Assembly: GCA_943704415.1 (NCBI GenBank)
Contig: CALSCO010001536.1
Location: forward strand, 1 to 36,877
Direction: 5' to 3'
Source: Parvularia atlantis
Taxonomy: Eukaryota
DNA length: 36,877 nt
A program made the position numbers and the translations under genes. Positions 1-10,714 of this stretch are shown here, in pieces (the stretch's first letter is position 1; every line of letters begins with the position of its first letter). The notes beneath the pieces were generated by a model that saw nothing but the letters and a program-made list of their open reading frames with translations, searched no databases and was not told the DNA's origin.

Positions 1-239
1 GGGGGGGGATGCACCAGATCGCCGCCAAAGATCTTGAGCTCGGCGAGCGTGCGGTCGGCGTCGGCGGCGTCGGCCACGACGGGGTCACGGTTGTTGAGGC
101 TCAGCCGCACGTCCGCGGCCAGACCCAGCCGCTCGGCCACCGCGCGCTGCAGGTCGCGCAGACGCAGCGGCTGGCCCGGGCCGGGTGCCCAGAGCTCGAC
201 GGGGACGGTCTCGGTGCCGCGCCTGATGCGCACTTTCAT
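1..239 (-). CDS. 5' part of a gene with an N-terminal ubiquitin-like domain (Fbxo7-type Ubl resemblance); runs off the window edge
   Basis: Open frame from ATG 239: MKVRIRRGTETVPVEL...LRDLQRAVAERLGL..VRLSLNNRDP..RTLAELKIFGGDLVH. This has the beta-grasp pattern MKxRxR...SLN...TLxELxIxxGDLV. Confidence 0.55.
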   Translation of the reverse strand, partial: MKVRIRRGTETVPVELWAPGPGQPLRLRDLQRAVAERLGLAADVRLSLNNRDPVVADAADADRTLAELKIFGGDLVHPP

Positions 240-251
240 TGCTAGGCCGAG

Positions 252-2917
252 TTACTTTGCACACAGTAGTGTGTAGCACTTATCGCAGACGCGCACGGGC
301 TCCGAGAAGCCCAACTCGAGCAGCGGGAAGCGGCGTGACGAGCACGAGCCGCAGAAGACGCCGCCGCAGCGCCGGCAGTGGTGCTGCACACGCGCGCGAG
401 CACGCGTTGGTGACCCTGCGCGGCGCGAGCGGTCCAGACGCACCCGCCGGCGCACTTGCGTGAACCGCTTCTTGCACGACATGCAGTCGCGCGCCTCCTT
501 GTCCGGCACCCACCCGTGCGTGACGGCCGCGATCGTGTGCGCGCCGCCGCAGACGATCAGCCGCATCTGCTTGGCCGCCATCGACTCGATCAGGCACGGC
601 GCGGTCTGGGCGGGCACGGCGTCAGGCGGCGCCACGGCGTTCGCGCGCACGGCCGAGCCTTGTCCTTGGGCAGCTCGTGGCCGAGACGGCCGCTGCCACC
701 GAGGCCCCACGTGTACACCTGCGCCGAGTCTGAACGTCGCGTGCGCGCTCAGCGCTTGACCCGCCAGGCATGCAAGGGGGCGGGCCGCGCACCCGACAGC
801 GCGGCCGTGTGCAGATCGCCGCACGAGACCATGGCGATCTTGCGGTTGTCGGGGAAGGCGACTTGGCGCGGCGTCGCAGCCATCTTCATCACCGCGCCGA
901 CGCCGAGCTGGCCCGCGCTGCCGTCGCCGAAGCAGAACACGGTGCCGGCCGCTGTGTGGCACCGTCAGCAAACCGCGAAGGGCTGACCCGGCTGCGAACC
1001 CGTCAGCACGGCCGAGTGGTGCTGCCCGCACGCCACGTCGATCACCTCCTGGCCTCGCAGCGCCTCGAGCGGGCGCGGCCGCAGCACGCACGCGACCTGG
1101 GCGCGCCCGTCAGCCAGTGCTGCGAACACGCGGCTCACTGGCGCGCCAGCTCCTCGCCGAGGCCCAGCTGGCCGCGCGTCCCGTCGCCCCAGACGTACAG
1201 CATGCCCGCCTCTGCGCCGCGGCGTGAGTGTGCGTGCCTGCCCCTTGCTGGCGCTCGCGCACCCGACACGGCGAGCACGTGTGCGCTGCCGCATGCCACG
1301 CGTCGGATCTCGACCTGCTCCAGCCCTGCGCGCGCGCGTTGGTCGGCGAGCCCGCGCGCGACGCGGCACGCGTGCAAGCGCGCACCCTGCACCAGCTGTG
1401 GCCCCTCGCGCGGCTCCGTGTCGCCCACGCCGAGCTGCCCCGCGTCGTTGCGCCCGAACGTGTACACACGCCCGTCCTCGAGCACGACTGCGGCGCGCGT
1501 GCGCGTGCGTCAGCTACCTCCCGTATGCCTGCGTGCGCGCACCGACGGTAAACGTTGCGCCGCACGCCACCTGCACCACGCGCCGCTGGTCCCACGGCGA
1601 TGCGTTCACGAGCACCGGCGTGCTCTGTATCCTGTCGTTCTCGGGCATGTAGCCGAGCCGCCCGCCCTCGGCGCTGCCCCACGTGTACAGCAGGCCCGAG
1701 TCTGCGCCACGGGTCAGCAGCGGAAGAGAGGTAGGCACGGGCGCGCACGACACGCCACCAGAGATGGCCGCCGAGTGCAGCGCGCCGGCCGCGACCTGGA
1801 TCACGTACTTGCCGCGCAGGCCCGCGATCGCCAGGGGCGAGAACCGCGAGCGCTCCTTGCCGTTGCCGAGCTGGCCGGCGTTGCCCTGGCCCCAGCTGTA
1901 GACCTCGCCCGAGTCTGCGCGCGCCACTTGCCGGCTGAGCTGCGCAGGGTGATGCGGCGATGGCGCGTGAGCGCACCGGTGATCGCGATGGTGTGGCCGG
2001 TCCCGCACGCCAGCGCGGTCACGTCGCGCCCGAGCAGCGCCTCGACAAAGCGCGGTGTGAATTCGTCGCCGTCGTCGCCGTGTCCGAGCTGCCCGTGCCG
2101 CCCCTCGCCAAACGTGTACACGTCCGAGGCGTCTGGGCGCCGTCACAGCCTGAGCACGCGCGCGACTGGCAGCGCCCGGCGCACCCTCACGCACGACCAT
2201 CTTGGTCGTGCCGCGGTCGACCACGACGCGGACGCGGTCCAGCGCATCGGCATCATCGCCGCCGACCTGCACGGCGCGGACGATGTCAGGCGTGACCTCG
2301 TTGCGGAGCAGCGCCTGGAGGCCGGTGACCCACACGTCGAACTCGTTGCGGTCCTGTGCGCGCGCCGCCGCCGCCGCCGTGAGCGTTCTCTCGCCGTGCG
2401 CGCCGCGGCCTGCGCCGCACCTTGCAAACAACGTCGAGCGTGCGGTTGTCGCCGTAGAGCAGCGAGAACGAGAGGTCGCGGTGCTCCGGGATCGGGTTCT
2501 GCTGGAAGACCTTGGTCTGCTGGCCCTTGAGCAGCTCGCGGATGGCGCTGACGGGCACTGCAGCGGCGCATGAGGAGGCCTGCCGAGCCGTGGCGTGGCG
2601 CGGCGCCGGCACGCACCGGCCGCGTCGGCCTTCTTGGGCGACTCCCAGCGGACCGAGTGCAGGTCGGGCGCGAGTTCAAAGTGGCGGAAGTGCGGCTTGC
2701 CCTTTCTCGCGCGCGCGCGCGTGCTGTGTGAGTGAGGGAGAACGCAGCGGGCAACGGCAGCGCCCCACGCACGCTGCGCCCGGCCTTGAGCAGCGTCGCG
2801 CCGCGGACCATCTCGCGCAGGGCCTCTGCCGTGTGTGTGTCGCGCGGGCTGAGCGGACGCGCCGCGCCGCGACGCGACGCGACGCGATGTTGCAGCGGAC
2901 GCACCCACGACGTCCAT
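252..2917 (-). CDS. PH - RCC1 repeats - FYVE protein (PRAF/RLD-like architecture), multi-exon
   Basis: Spliced N-terminus [33 protein letters not shown] (PH-like). Several RCC1 repeats ([41 protein letters not shown]). C-terminal [41 protein letters not shown] at 252-254. Confidence 0.85.
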
Positions 2918-2932
2918 GCTGCCTTTCGAGTG

Positions 2933-3545
2933 ATGTGGCTCAGCGCGGTGTGCTCGTGCGGCGACGCGACGCAGCCGCTCTCGCGCCTGCTGGCCTGCAA
3001 GCACTGCGGCGAGCTGCGCTGCCCGCGGTGCGTCCGCGCGCGCACAGCTCCACGCCCCCGTGACGCCGAGCGCGCGCAGCTGCGTGCTCGACGAGATTGT
3101 CTCGTACTACTGCCCAAACTGCCTGCAGGACGTGCCGTCGGCCGTGGTCAAGAGCGGGCGCAGCCGGTGCGGCCGCACCGGCGACACGCGCGTGCGTGTG
3201 TGCTGACCTGTGGCGCCAGCTGCATGAACAACTGCTTCAAATGCCCGTTGTGCGCGTCCATCGTCACCACCGTCGCCAACGCGGACGAGAGCGCGCACCA
3301 CCTCGCCTGCCCCGTCTGCCGCTGGACATCGCTGCCGCAGGGCCTGACGCAGCCCACGCCCGCGACGTTCTCCGGTGCGCGCGACCGGTGCGCGAGCTCT
3401 GCCACCGTGCCCACGCTCGGTACGCGCAGACGTCGTGCGCAGAAGCGAGATGCCTGCGGCAACACAGGCCGCCTTTGAGCAGCTGCAGCAGCACGTGCTG
3501 CAGGCGACGCTCGCGGTGCAGCCGCAGGGCCCGGGAGCGGCGGCA

Positions 3546-3586
<41 letters not shown>

Positions 3587-4641
3587 AGCGCTGCGGGGTA
3601 AGCGGCGCCCAGAGTTCAGCTCGGCCGAGCGGGCGCGGCTGGGCATTGTCGCGGCGATGGAGCCTGCGGCCGCGGCTGCGACGGCCGCACCGGCCACAGC
3701 GCCCCAGGCAGCGGTCGAGCCCACGATCGACGCCGAGACGCAACAACTGCTGTCGGCACCCATCAAGGGTGCGCGGCTGCAGAGCGAGGCAGTCCGCGTG
3801 CATGACACGGTGCGCCTCCCCGGCAGCGCTCAGCACCGCGACGCAGCGTCTGCGCTGGCCCGCCAGCCAGGGAGGCCTTCAGCGGTGCGCGGCTGCACTT
3901 TTGCACCGTCGCCGCGCTGGCTGACTATGCCGCAGCGAGCTCCTGCCGGAGCGCGTGCCGCTGACGACGAAGCGCTCGCGCCGGTGCCGCGTGTGCAACT
4001 ACAACGTGATCAAGCCCGAGGCCAAGGCGCAGGCCGTCAAGTTCTCGATCCACCAGTGTGCCGTGTGCGTTGCGTGGGATCGGCACGCGCGAGCTCTGGC
4101 TCAACAGCGCCTGTGGCAGCTTCTTTCTGCCCAACGTGACCGTGCAGGAGATCGCTGCCGGGCCCGCGGCAGGGCAGGAGACGCTCAAGCTCCGCATCGC
4201 CAACCCGCTCGAGGCCGACGTGGCCGTGCGCCTGGCGCTCATGCGGGCGCGCTCCTCGCCCGCGCTCAAGGCGCGCCCGGCGCGCGACCGTGCCCGGCGT
4301 GCTGTTGACGCTCGGCGCAGGCGCTGGTGACACCGAGCCAGGACGTGCCGCTGGCCGCGTTTAACGAGATGGGCGAGTACGAGCAGGAGGACGCGGACAG
4401 CGTGCCGCTGCCGGGCGTGCTGGAGCGGCGCGCCAACTACGCCGTTGTCGAGCTGACGGCGCAGCACGACGGGCCCGCGCACTTTCAGGTGCGCTGCGAC
4501 GGTTCGCGCGGCACCCGCTCGCTGATGCCGCGCGCGCGGGCACAGGGAGCCATCGGCCTGCGCGTCGAAATGGTCTACCGCGCCCCAACGAACGCCGAGC
4601 ACAAGGCCGTGCAGTCGTTTGAACTGGTACTGCACGTGTAG
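2933..4641 (+). CDS. DCTN4: Dynactin p62 subunit, multi-exon
   Basis: Cys-rich N-terminus (PLSRLLACKHCGELRCPRCVLDEIVSYYCPNCL..RCMNNCFKCPLC..LACPVCRWTS) and PLTTKRSRRCRVCNYNVIKPE motif typical of p62. Confidence 0.85.
3536..3590 (+). repeat. (GCG/GCA)n trinucleotide tract encoding poly-Ala within DCTN4
   Basis: Directly visible; translates as about 18 Ala. Confidence 0.85.
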
Positions 4642-4674
4642 CCGAAGATACACAGGCGCACACACACAAGGGGG

Positions 4675-4675
<1 letters not shown>

Positions 4676-4724
<49 letters not shown>
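4676..4724. repeat. (CA)n microsatellite between convergent 3' ends
   Basis: Directly visible perfect dinucleotide run. Confidence 0.95.
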
Positions 4725-4726
<2 letters not shown>

Positions 4727-4769
4727 CACGACATGATGTCACTGCATCGACGGCGGAGCGCGGCGGGGC

Positions 4770-5608
4770 TCACGTCGCCACATGGTAGTCGCCCGCCGGG
4801 TCGACGGCAGTCAGCTGGCGCGCGCTCAGCACGGCCTGGCGGAACTCCTCGTACACCTGTGCGCGCCGCGGGTGAGCGCCGCGTGGCGGTCGACGCAACG
4901 GTCGTTCGCGCGTGCCCTGCGCATGCCTGCGACGCGTGCGCGCGTGCGTCAGAGCGCCGTGACGTGCTGGGCACCCGCGGTAACGTACCCCACGTCGGGA
5001 TCTCGATCTGGCCGCGCGCGCGAGAGCGGGGCGGGCGATTCGCAGGGTCAGCCACAAACACAGCAACGCGAGAGGGCCAACGCACCTTCGGCGTCGTCTC
5101 GTCCGCGCTGTCGATGACCTGCGGGCGCGCGCGCACGGCCGATCGCACTGGTGAGCGTGCGCCGGGGCCGCTAGGTCCGTCGGGCAAAGGCGCGCACCAG
5201 CGTGCCGCGGCAGAGCATGAACTGACTACAGGTGCGGTGGTACTTGACGTCGGTGACGCGGCGCACGTCGAGCGTGTCCATCTTGCTGCCGCAGCAGCCG
5301 CTGGAGAGGTCGATGCGGCGGTTGGTGATCTTCCAGTGGTCTGCGGGAGGCGCGCGCGTGCGGGGCAGGCTGAGGGGTCAGGCGCGACACCAACCACAGC
5401 AAACAACAACGACGCACTCTGCGAGCACAGGCACCACGACAGCAGGCCGCGCGGCCAGGTTGTGCCGACCCAGATCACCTGTGCACGCGCGACCGCGGTC
5501 GTCGGCGACGGTGTGTCGGGGCGCACACACGCGCGGGGATCGCCCACGCACCCGCTCGTCAGGCACACCGGCGCCAGGGTTTCCCGGAAGACCGCCCTTC
5601 TTCGGCAT
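4770..5608 (-). CDS. Small Cys-rich protein with a bacterial-PH-like (bPH_2/DUF304-type) domain, paralog A
   Basis: Spliced: MPKKGGLPGNPGAGVPDERVIWVGTTWPRGLLSWCLCSQNHWKITNRRIDLSSGCCGSKMDTLDVRRVTDVKYHRTCSQFMLCRGTLVIDSADETTPKIEIPTWGMRRVYEEFRQAVL. The ITNRRI..G.....D.RRI.D....R.......GTL.I pattern matches bPH_2. The last exon is uncertain. Confidence 0.7.
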
Positions 5609-5793
5609 GATGGCTTGTAGAGATGTAAAGTACCTACGCACCACACGGTTGCTTTTTTTTTTTTTTTCCGCCCGGCGGGTGCGACGGTTGTTTATGGTTC
5701 GACAACTGCAGCACACATACCGCGACGTCTCACTCCCTCGCTCCCCTCGCTCGCCAGAGCCTCGCACAGAAGCCCGCCATCCGCCTCCACGCA

Positions 5794-6463
5794 TCAGTGG
5801 TGCATCGGGCCGTCACTGGCGTCGACGCCGACGTTCTGCCGCGACGCGAGCCAGGCCTCGCGCAGGTCCTCGTACACGCGCTTCATCTGCGGGCGCCATC
5901 GCAGGCGCATGAGCAGCGATCTGGGCTCGGCAGGGAGGCGGGGCAGTACGCACGCCCCATGTCGAGATGTGGTACTCCTTGAGCGACGACTCGGACGCGT
6001 AGACGATCTGCGTCACGCGCGCACGGGTCAGCGTGTGTGTGCGCGCGCGGGCAAGATCTTGCGCACCAGCGTGCCGCGGCAGCACATGAGCTGCAGGCAC
6101 GAGCGCTCGAACGTCAGGTCCGTAATCCGGCGCAAGTCGATCGTCTCCTCGGTCGCGCGGCAGCAGCCGTGCGCAAAGTCGATGCGGCGGTTGGTGATCA
6201 CCCACCACTGCTGCTGGCAGCAGCACCAGCTGAGCAGCTGGCGCGGCCAGGTCGTGCCGCGCCAGATCTCCTGCGATCGGGAGGGCGCCGCGTCGTGTTT
6301 AGACTGCCGACGCACGCCCTCTGCGGGGGGTTCTTTCCCGCACCCTCTCGTTCGGCAGGCCCTGGCTCGGGTTGGCCGGCAGCAGGTTGCTGTTGCGCTT
6401 GCCACCGCCGCCGCCGTTGGGCTTGTTGCCGCGCGCGGCCGCGAGACGTGCGTCGTCGCCCAT
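5794..6463 (-). CDS. Small Cys-rich bacterial-PH-like protein, paralog B
   Basis: Spliced: MGDD..LPANPSQGLPNEREIWRGTTWPRQLLSWCCCQQQWWVITNRRIDFAHGCCRATEETIDLRRITDLTFERSCLQLMCCRGTLIVYASESSLKEYHISTWGMKRVYEDLREAW. Colinear with paralog A. Confidence 0.7.
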
Positions 6464-6576
6464 CGTGAGCGGGCGGTGAGCGGTTAGCAGGAAGTGGCTG
6501 GCCAGACACACGATGGGTGGTCAGCGATGACCGGCCAGCCGCGGTGGTCAGCCGCCGTTACAGTTCGAGCCCAGCG

Positions 6577-9527
6577 ATGGACGCCGCCACTGCCGCCGCT
6601 GCTCCCGCCGGTGCCGCGCGCCCGCCGAGCCACCTGCGGCCGCCGATGAAGGTCCGCAACGACCTCAAGCTCGCCGCGGGCGCGGCCATCCCCGTCGTGC
6701 ACGTCGATGTCGACAAGGAGAACTTTGTGGTCGTCGACGCCAAGGCGCCCGCCGCGCCCGCCGTGCCTGCTGCGCCGCCCGCGCGCGCCCGTGCCGCCGC
6801 CGTCGCTGCCACGCCTGCCGCGCGCAAGGTGCGCCGCTGCTTGCGCGCCGCTGCGGCTCACGGGACACAGACGCCCGCGGCGTCGGTCGTGCGCACGGCG
6901 ACCGTCACGACGAGGCGACCGGCCGCGACGCCGACCACGCCGGCCGCCGCTACCAAGCGCGCCGCCCCCGTCACGCCTGCGACAGCATCGTCATCGCAAG
7001 GGCCGCCGAAGAAGCGGCCGGCGTGGGACATCAAGGTGCGTCGTGCGCACGCACTGCCGCGGCGGAGGCTGACGCGGCGTGCGCGCCGGTCCGCGCAGGG
7101 GCGGCTGCAGGAGATGGAGGAGGCGCACGCGCAGCTGATGCAGCGGCTGGGCTCGTCCGACACGGACGTGAGCGCGATGAAGACGATGCTGATGGAGAGC
7201 GAGGAGCGCGGTGCGCACGGACAGCACGTTTCGCACCCGCAGCGCTAACGACGCGGGGCCCGCGGCAGTGATGCAGCTCGAGGCGTTCCGGCAGCAGCTG
7301 CAGCAGAATGTGGCCGTTAAGGAGACACAGTACACGCACATCTCGCACGACTACGAGCAGGTCAAGGCGCAGCTGCAGGTTCGATCGCGACTGCGCGGCG
7401 CACCGCGGCTGAACGCGCACGCGCGCGCACGCACCCAGGCTCAGGCCGCGCAGCACCAAGACGAGCTGCAGCGCGTGCAGCGCCGGCTCCAGGGCGAGCT
7501 CGACGACACGAGGCGCTCGCTCGAGTCGCTGGAGCGCGCCAAGGCCGCGATCGACGCCGAGCTGCGCATCGCACTGCAGGAGAACGTCAGCGTGCGGGTG
7601 TGCAAGAGGCGCGGGCGCGCGCGCGCGCGCGTTGCCACGATCGGCTCACGGCGACCGCGTGACGCGGTGCGCGTGCAGTCGCAGTTTGCGAGCCAAGCCA
7701 GCCTGCTTGTGGCGGCCGAGGGCGAGGCGCGCGCCCTGCGTCTGCAGATCAAGAGCCTGGAGGAGGCCAACCGCATCAAGGCCGGCGAGATCGGCACGGT
7801 GCACCCGCCGCACCCGCGTACCGCTTGCGTGTGAGCGTGACAGCGGCGCCGCAACAGCTGCAGGCGAGCCTGGCCGTGGCCAATGAGACCCTGCGCGCGC
7901 TCGAGGCCAAGTTGCGCGCGGACGAGGCCGTGCGGCGCAAGCTGCACAATACAATCCTGGAGCTGAAGGGCAACATCCGCGTTTTCTGCCGCGTCCGGCC
8001 GCCGCTGGGTGCGTCACGCGGCCGGTGTGGCCCACGACTGAGCCGCAACGGCAGGCAACGAGAACACCGACGGCCAGGCGCTATCGCACCTGGCGTTCGC
8101 CTCCAACGACGCCATCGAGGTCGTCACAAAGGCAGTGCGTCGCACGCCGCGCCACGCCGCGGTGACCGGTCTCATGTGCGTGCGGGCAGGAGTCGGCGTT
8201 GGGCCAGGTCACGACCAAGGCCTTCCCGTTCACGTTTGATCGCGTGTTTGGGCCGGACGCGTCGCAGGCAGCGGTGTTTGAGGAGATTTCGCAGCTGGTC
8301 CGCTGCTCCCACTTGCACTTCGCTAGCTGGTCGCGCTCATGCTCGCCTCACGCCAGGTGCAGTCGGCGCTCGACGGCTACCGCGTATGCATCTTCGCGTA
8401 CGGACAGACGGGCAGCGGCAAGACGTTTACGATGGAGGGCGCGCCGCAGGTGCGCTTCTTTTGAGCACGATGCCGGGTGCCCGCGCTGAGCCGTCTGCGT
8501 GGTGCGCAGGGCCTGGACGACGACCGCACGCGCGGCATGATCCCGCGCGCTGTCCATCAGATCTTTGAGCAGACGCAGCAGCTGCACGAGAAGGGCTGGC
8601 AGGTGCGCGCAGCACGCTGGCTGTGGGTGCACACGCTCAGCCTCGCGCAGTACAAGATGGAGGTGAGCTTTGTTGAGATCTACAACGAGTCGATCCGCGA
8701 CCTGCTCGGCAACGGCGCCGATGACGACAAGAAGCACGAGATCAAGCACAACGAGAAGACCGGCACGACGACCGTGTCGGACGTGCGCGTGGGTGCGCGC
8801 GAGCCAGTGCGGTGTGGTCGTGCGGCGTGCTGACGTGCGGCGGGTGCGCGCAGTGGACGTGACCTCCGCGCACCAGATCTTCGCGCTCCTGCACAAGGCG
8901 ACCGAGACGCGCTCGGTCGGGCGGACGCAAATGAACGAGCGGTCGTCACGCAGCCATAGCGTGTTCTCGCTGCGGCTGGTCGGGAGCAACAGTCTGACGG
9001 AGGAGAAGTGCGACGGCGTGCTCAACCTGATCGACCTGGCCGGCTCGGAGCGCCTGACGCAGTCGGTGCGCGCCTGCGCGTGTGCAGGCCGCGTGTGCGC
9101 GCAGCTCACCCTCGGCGCCTCAGGGCTCGACCGGTGAGCGGCAGAAGGAGACACAGGCGATCAACAAGTCGCTCTCGAGCCTGGCGGACGTGATGATGGC
9201 GCTCGGTGCGGCGGCGCGCTCGCTTTCCGCCCGGTCGCTCACGCCGTGCGACTCGCGCAGCCAACAAGGACAGCCACATCCCCTACCGCAACTCAAAGCT
9301 GACGTACCTGCTGCAGAACTCGCTCGGTGCGGGCGTGCGCTGGCGCACCGCGCCGCGTCGCGTCGCTCACGCCAACTGGGCACGTGCCAGGCGGCAACTG
9401 CAAGACGCTCATGTTTGTCAACGTCTCGCCGCTGCCGGTCAACGCGCAGGAGACGCTCTGCTCGCTGCGCTTCGCGGCCAAGGTCAACGCGTGCGACATC
9501 GGCACGGCGCGGCGAGTAGTCAAGTGA
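6577..9527 (+). CDS. Kinesin-14 (C-terminal motor, Kar3/KIFC1/Ncd type), multi-exon
   Basis: Neck [24 protein letters not shown]-loop [14 protein letters not shown], switch I NERSSRSH, switch [11 protein letters not shown], then [14 protein letters not shown] and [14 protein letters not shown]-terminal tail with [11 protein letters not shown] and a coiled coil. Confidence 0.95.
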
Positions 9528-9600
9528 AAAAATGCGCGAGCGTGCCCGTGTTTGTGTGGCAACAGCATTTCGCGTCTTCAAATTGCAAAAACAGAGTACA

Positions 9601-10714
9601 TCAGAACAGGTGCGCGTCGCGCTTGAGCCGCTGCTGCTTCCACTGCGGCAACTGGTAGAACTGCACGCGCGCGCCGAGCAGGCGTCAGCAGCGGCGCACA
9701 CGGCAGACAAACGGGCCGCACCTGCTCGGGCGTGCAGCCGAGCGCGCGGCGAAAGTCGGTGTCAGACAGGTGGCGTTCGCGGCGCAGCGGGTCGACAAAG
9801 TCCGGCCAGGTGTTGAGCGGGAGGGCGAGCAGCTCATAGGGGATCGTGCCGTCGGCGTTGGGGCCTGCGCCCTCGGGCCAGGCGGCCTCGCGAATTCGGC
9901 CCTTGCAGAGCCGCCGCAGCTCGGCCTGGGCCTCCTCGTGCTCGCTGCGAGGGGCGCGGTTTCAGTGTGCACGCGCGAGACAGCGGCCGGCTGCAAGCGC
10001 ACCGCAGCAGCAGGTCAAAGTGCTCGGCGCCAATCACCTCGCGCAGGCCCTCGTCGCTCAGCCGCTTGCGCAGGCCCAGGAACGACGCGTTGATGAACTG
10101 GACGCAGCGGTGGGTGAGTGCGGAGCTGTTGATGCGCTTGGCGAGCTGGCGCACGCCGCGTGAGCACATCGCGCGCACACACGCCGCCGCCGCCGCCGCC
10201 GCCGCAGCAGCAGCAGCAGCAGCAACACACACGCACGTCGAGGATCAGGAAGACGTTGCTCACGCACAGGCCGCACTCGAGGAAGACCTGCGCGGCGAGG
10301 TCGACGCACTCGGGCGGGAGCTCGGCAATGTCGCGCACGGAGAGCTGTTTTGCGCGCGCGCAGGGTGAGGCGAGCGTGCAGGCCCCGCGTGACGACAGCA
10401 GTACGCACGGCACCCTTGGCCAGCAGCGCGGGGAAATGCGTCGCGACGAGCGGCGCGAGCGGCTTGGGCGTGGCACGGCGCCGGCGGTGGCTGCTGGCCA
10501 TGAGCAGGCGGTCGGTGCCGGTGCCTTGCTTGCCGTGCGCGTAAGCGGCGGTCGGGGCGGCGGCGCGCGAGGTGTGCGCACCCGTACTGGACCGGCGGAA
10601 GTGCGGGCGGGCTGCTGCGCGCGTGACGTGGCCGCGTGAGGAGGCGCGCACGGGACGGCGACCACGCCGCACCTGATGACGTGGCCATTTCGAGTGTCGA
10701 TAAAGTGACCACAT
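9601..10714 (-). CDS. Protein with C-terminal villin headpiece domain; start uncertain (ATG 10501 or 10714)
   Basis: C-terminus DPLRRERHLSDTDFRRALGCTPEQFYQLPQWKQQRLKRDAHLF* matches the villin headpiece consensus (LSDEDF..FG....F..LPxWKQxxLKKxxxLF). Confidence 0.75.
10183..10224. repeat. Compound (GCC)n(GCA)n trinucleotide repeat, in an intron of the headpiece gene
   Basis: Directly visible; lies between a minus-strand GTGCGT donor and a CAG acceptor. Confidence 0.75.
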
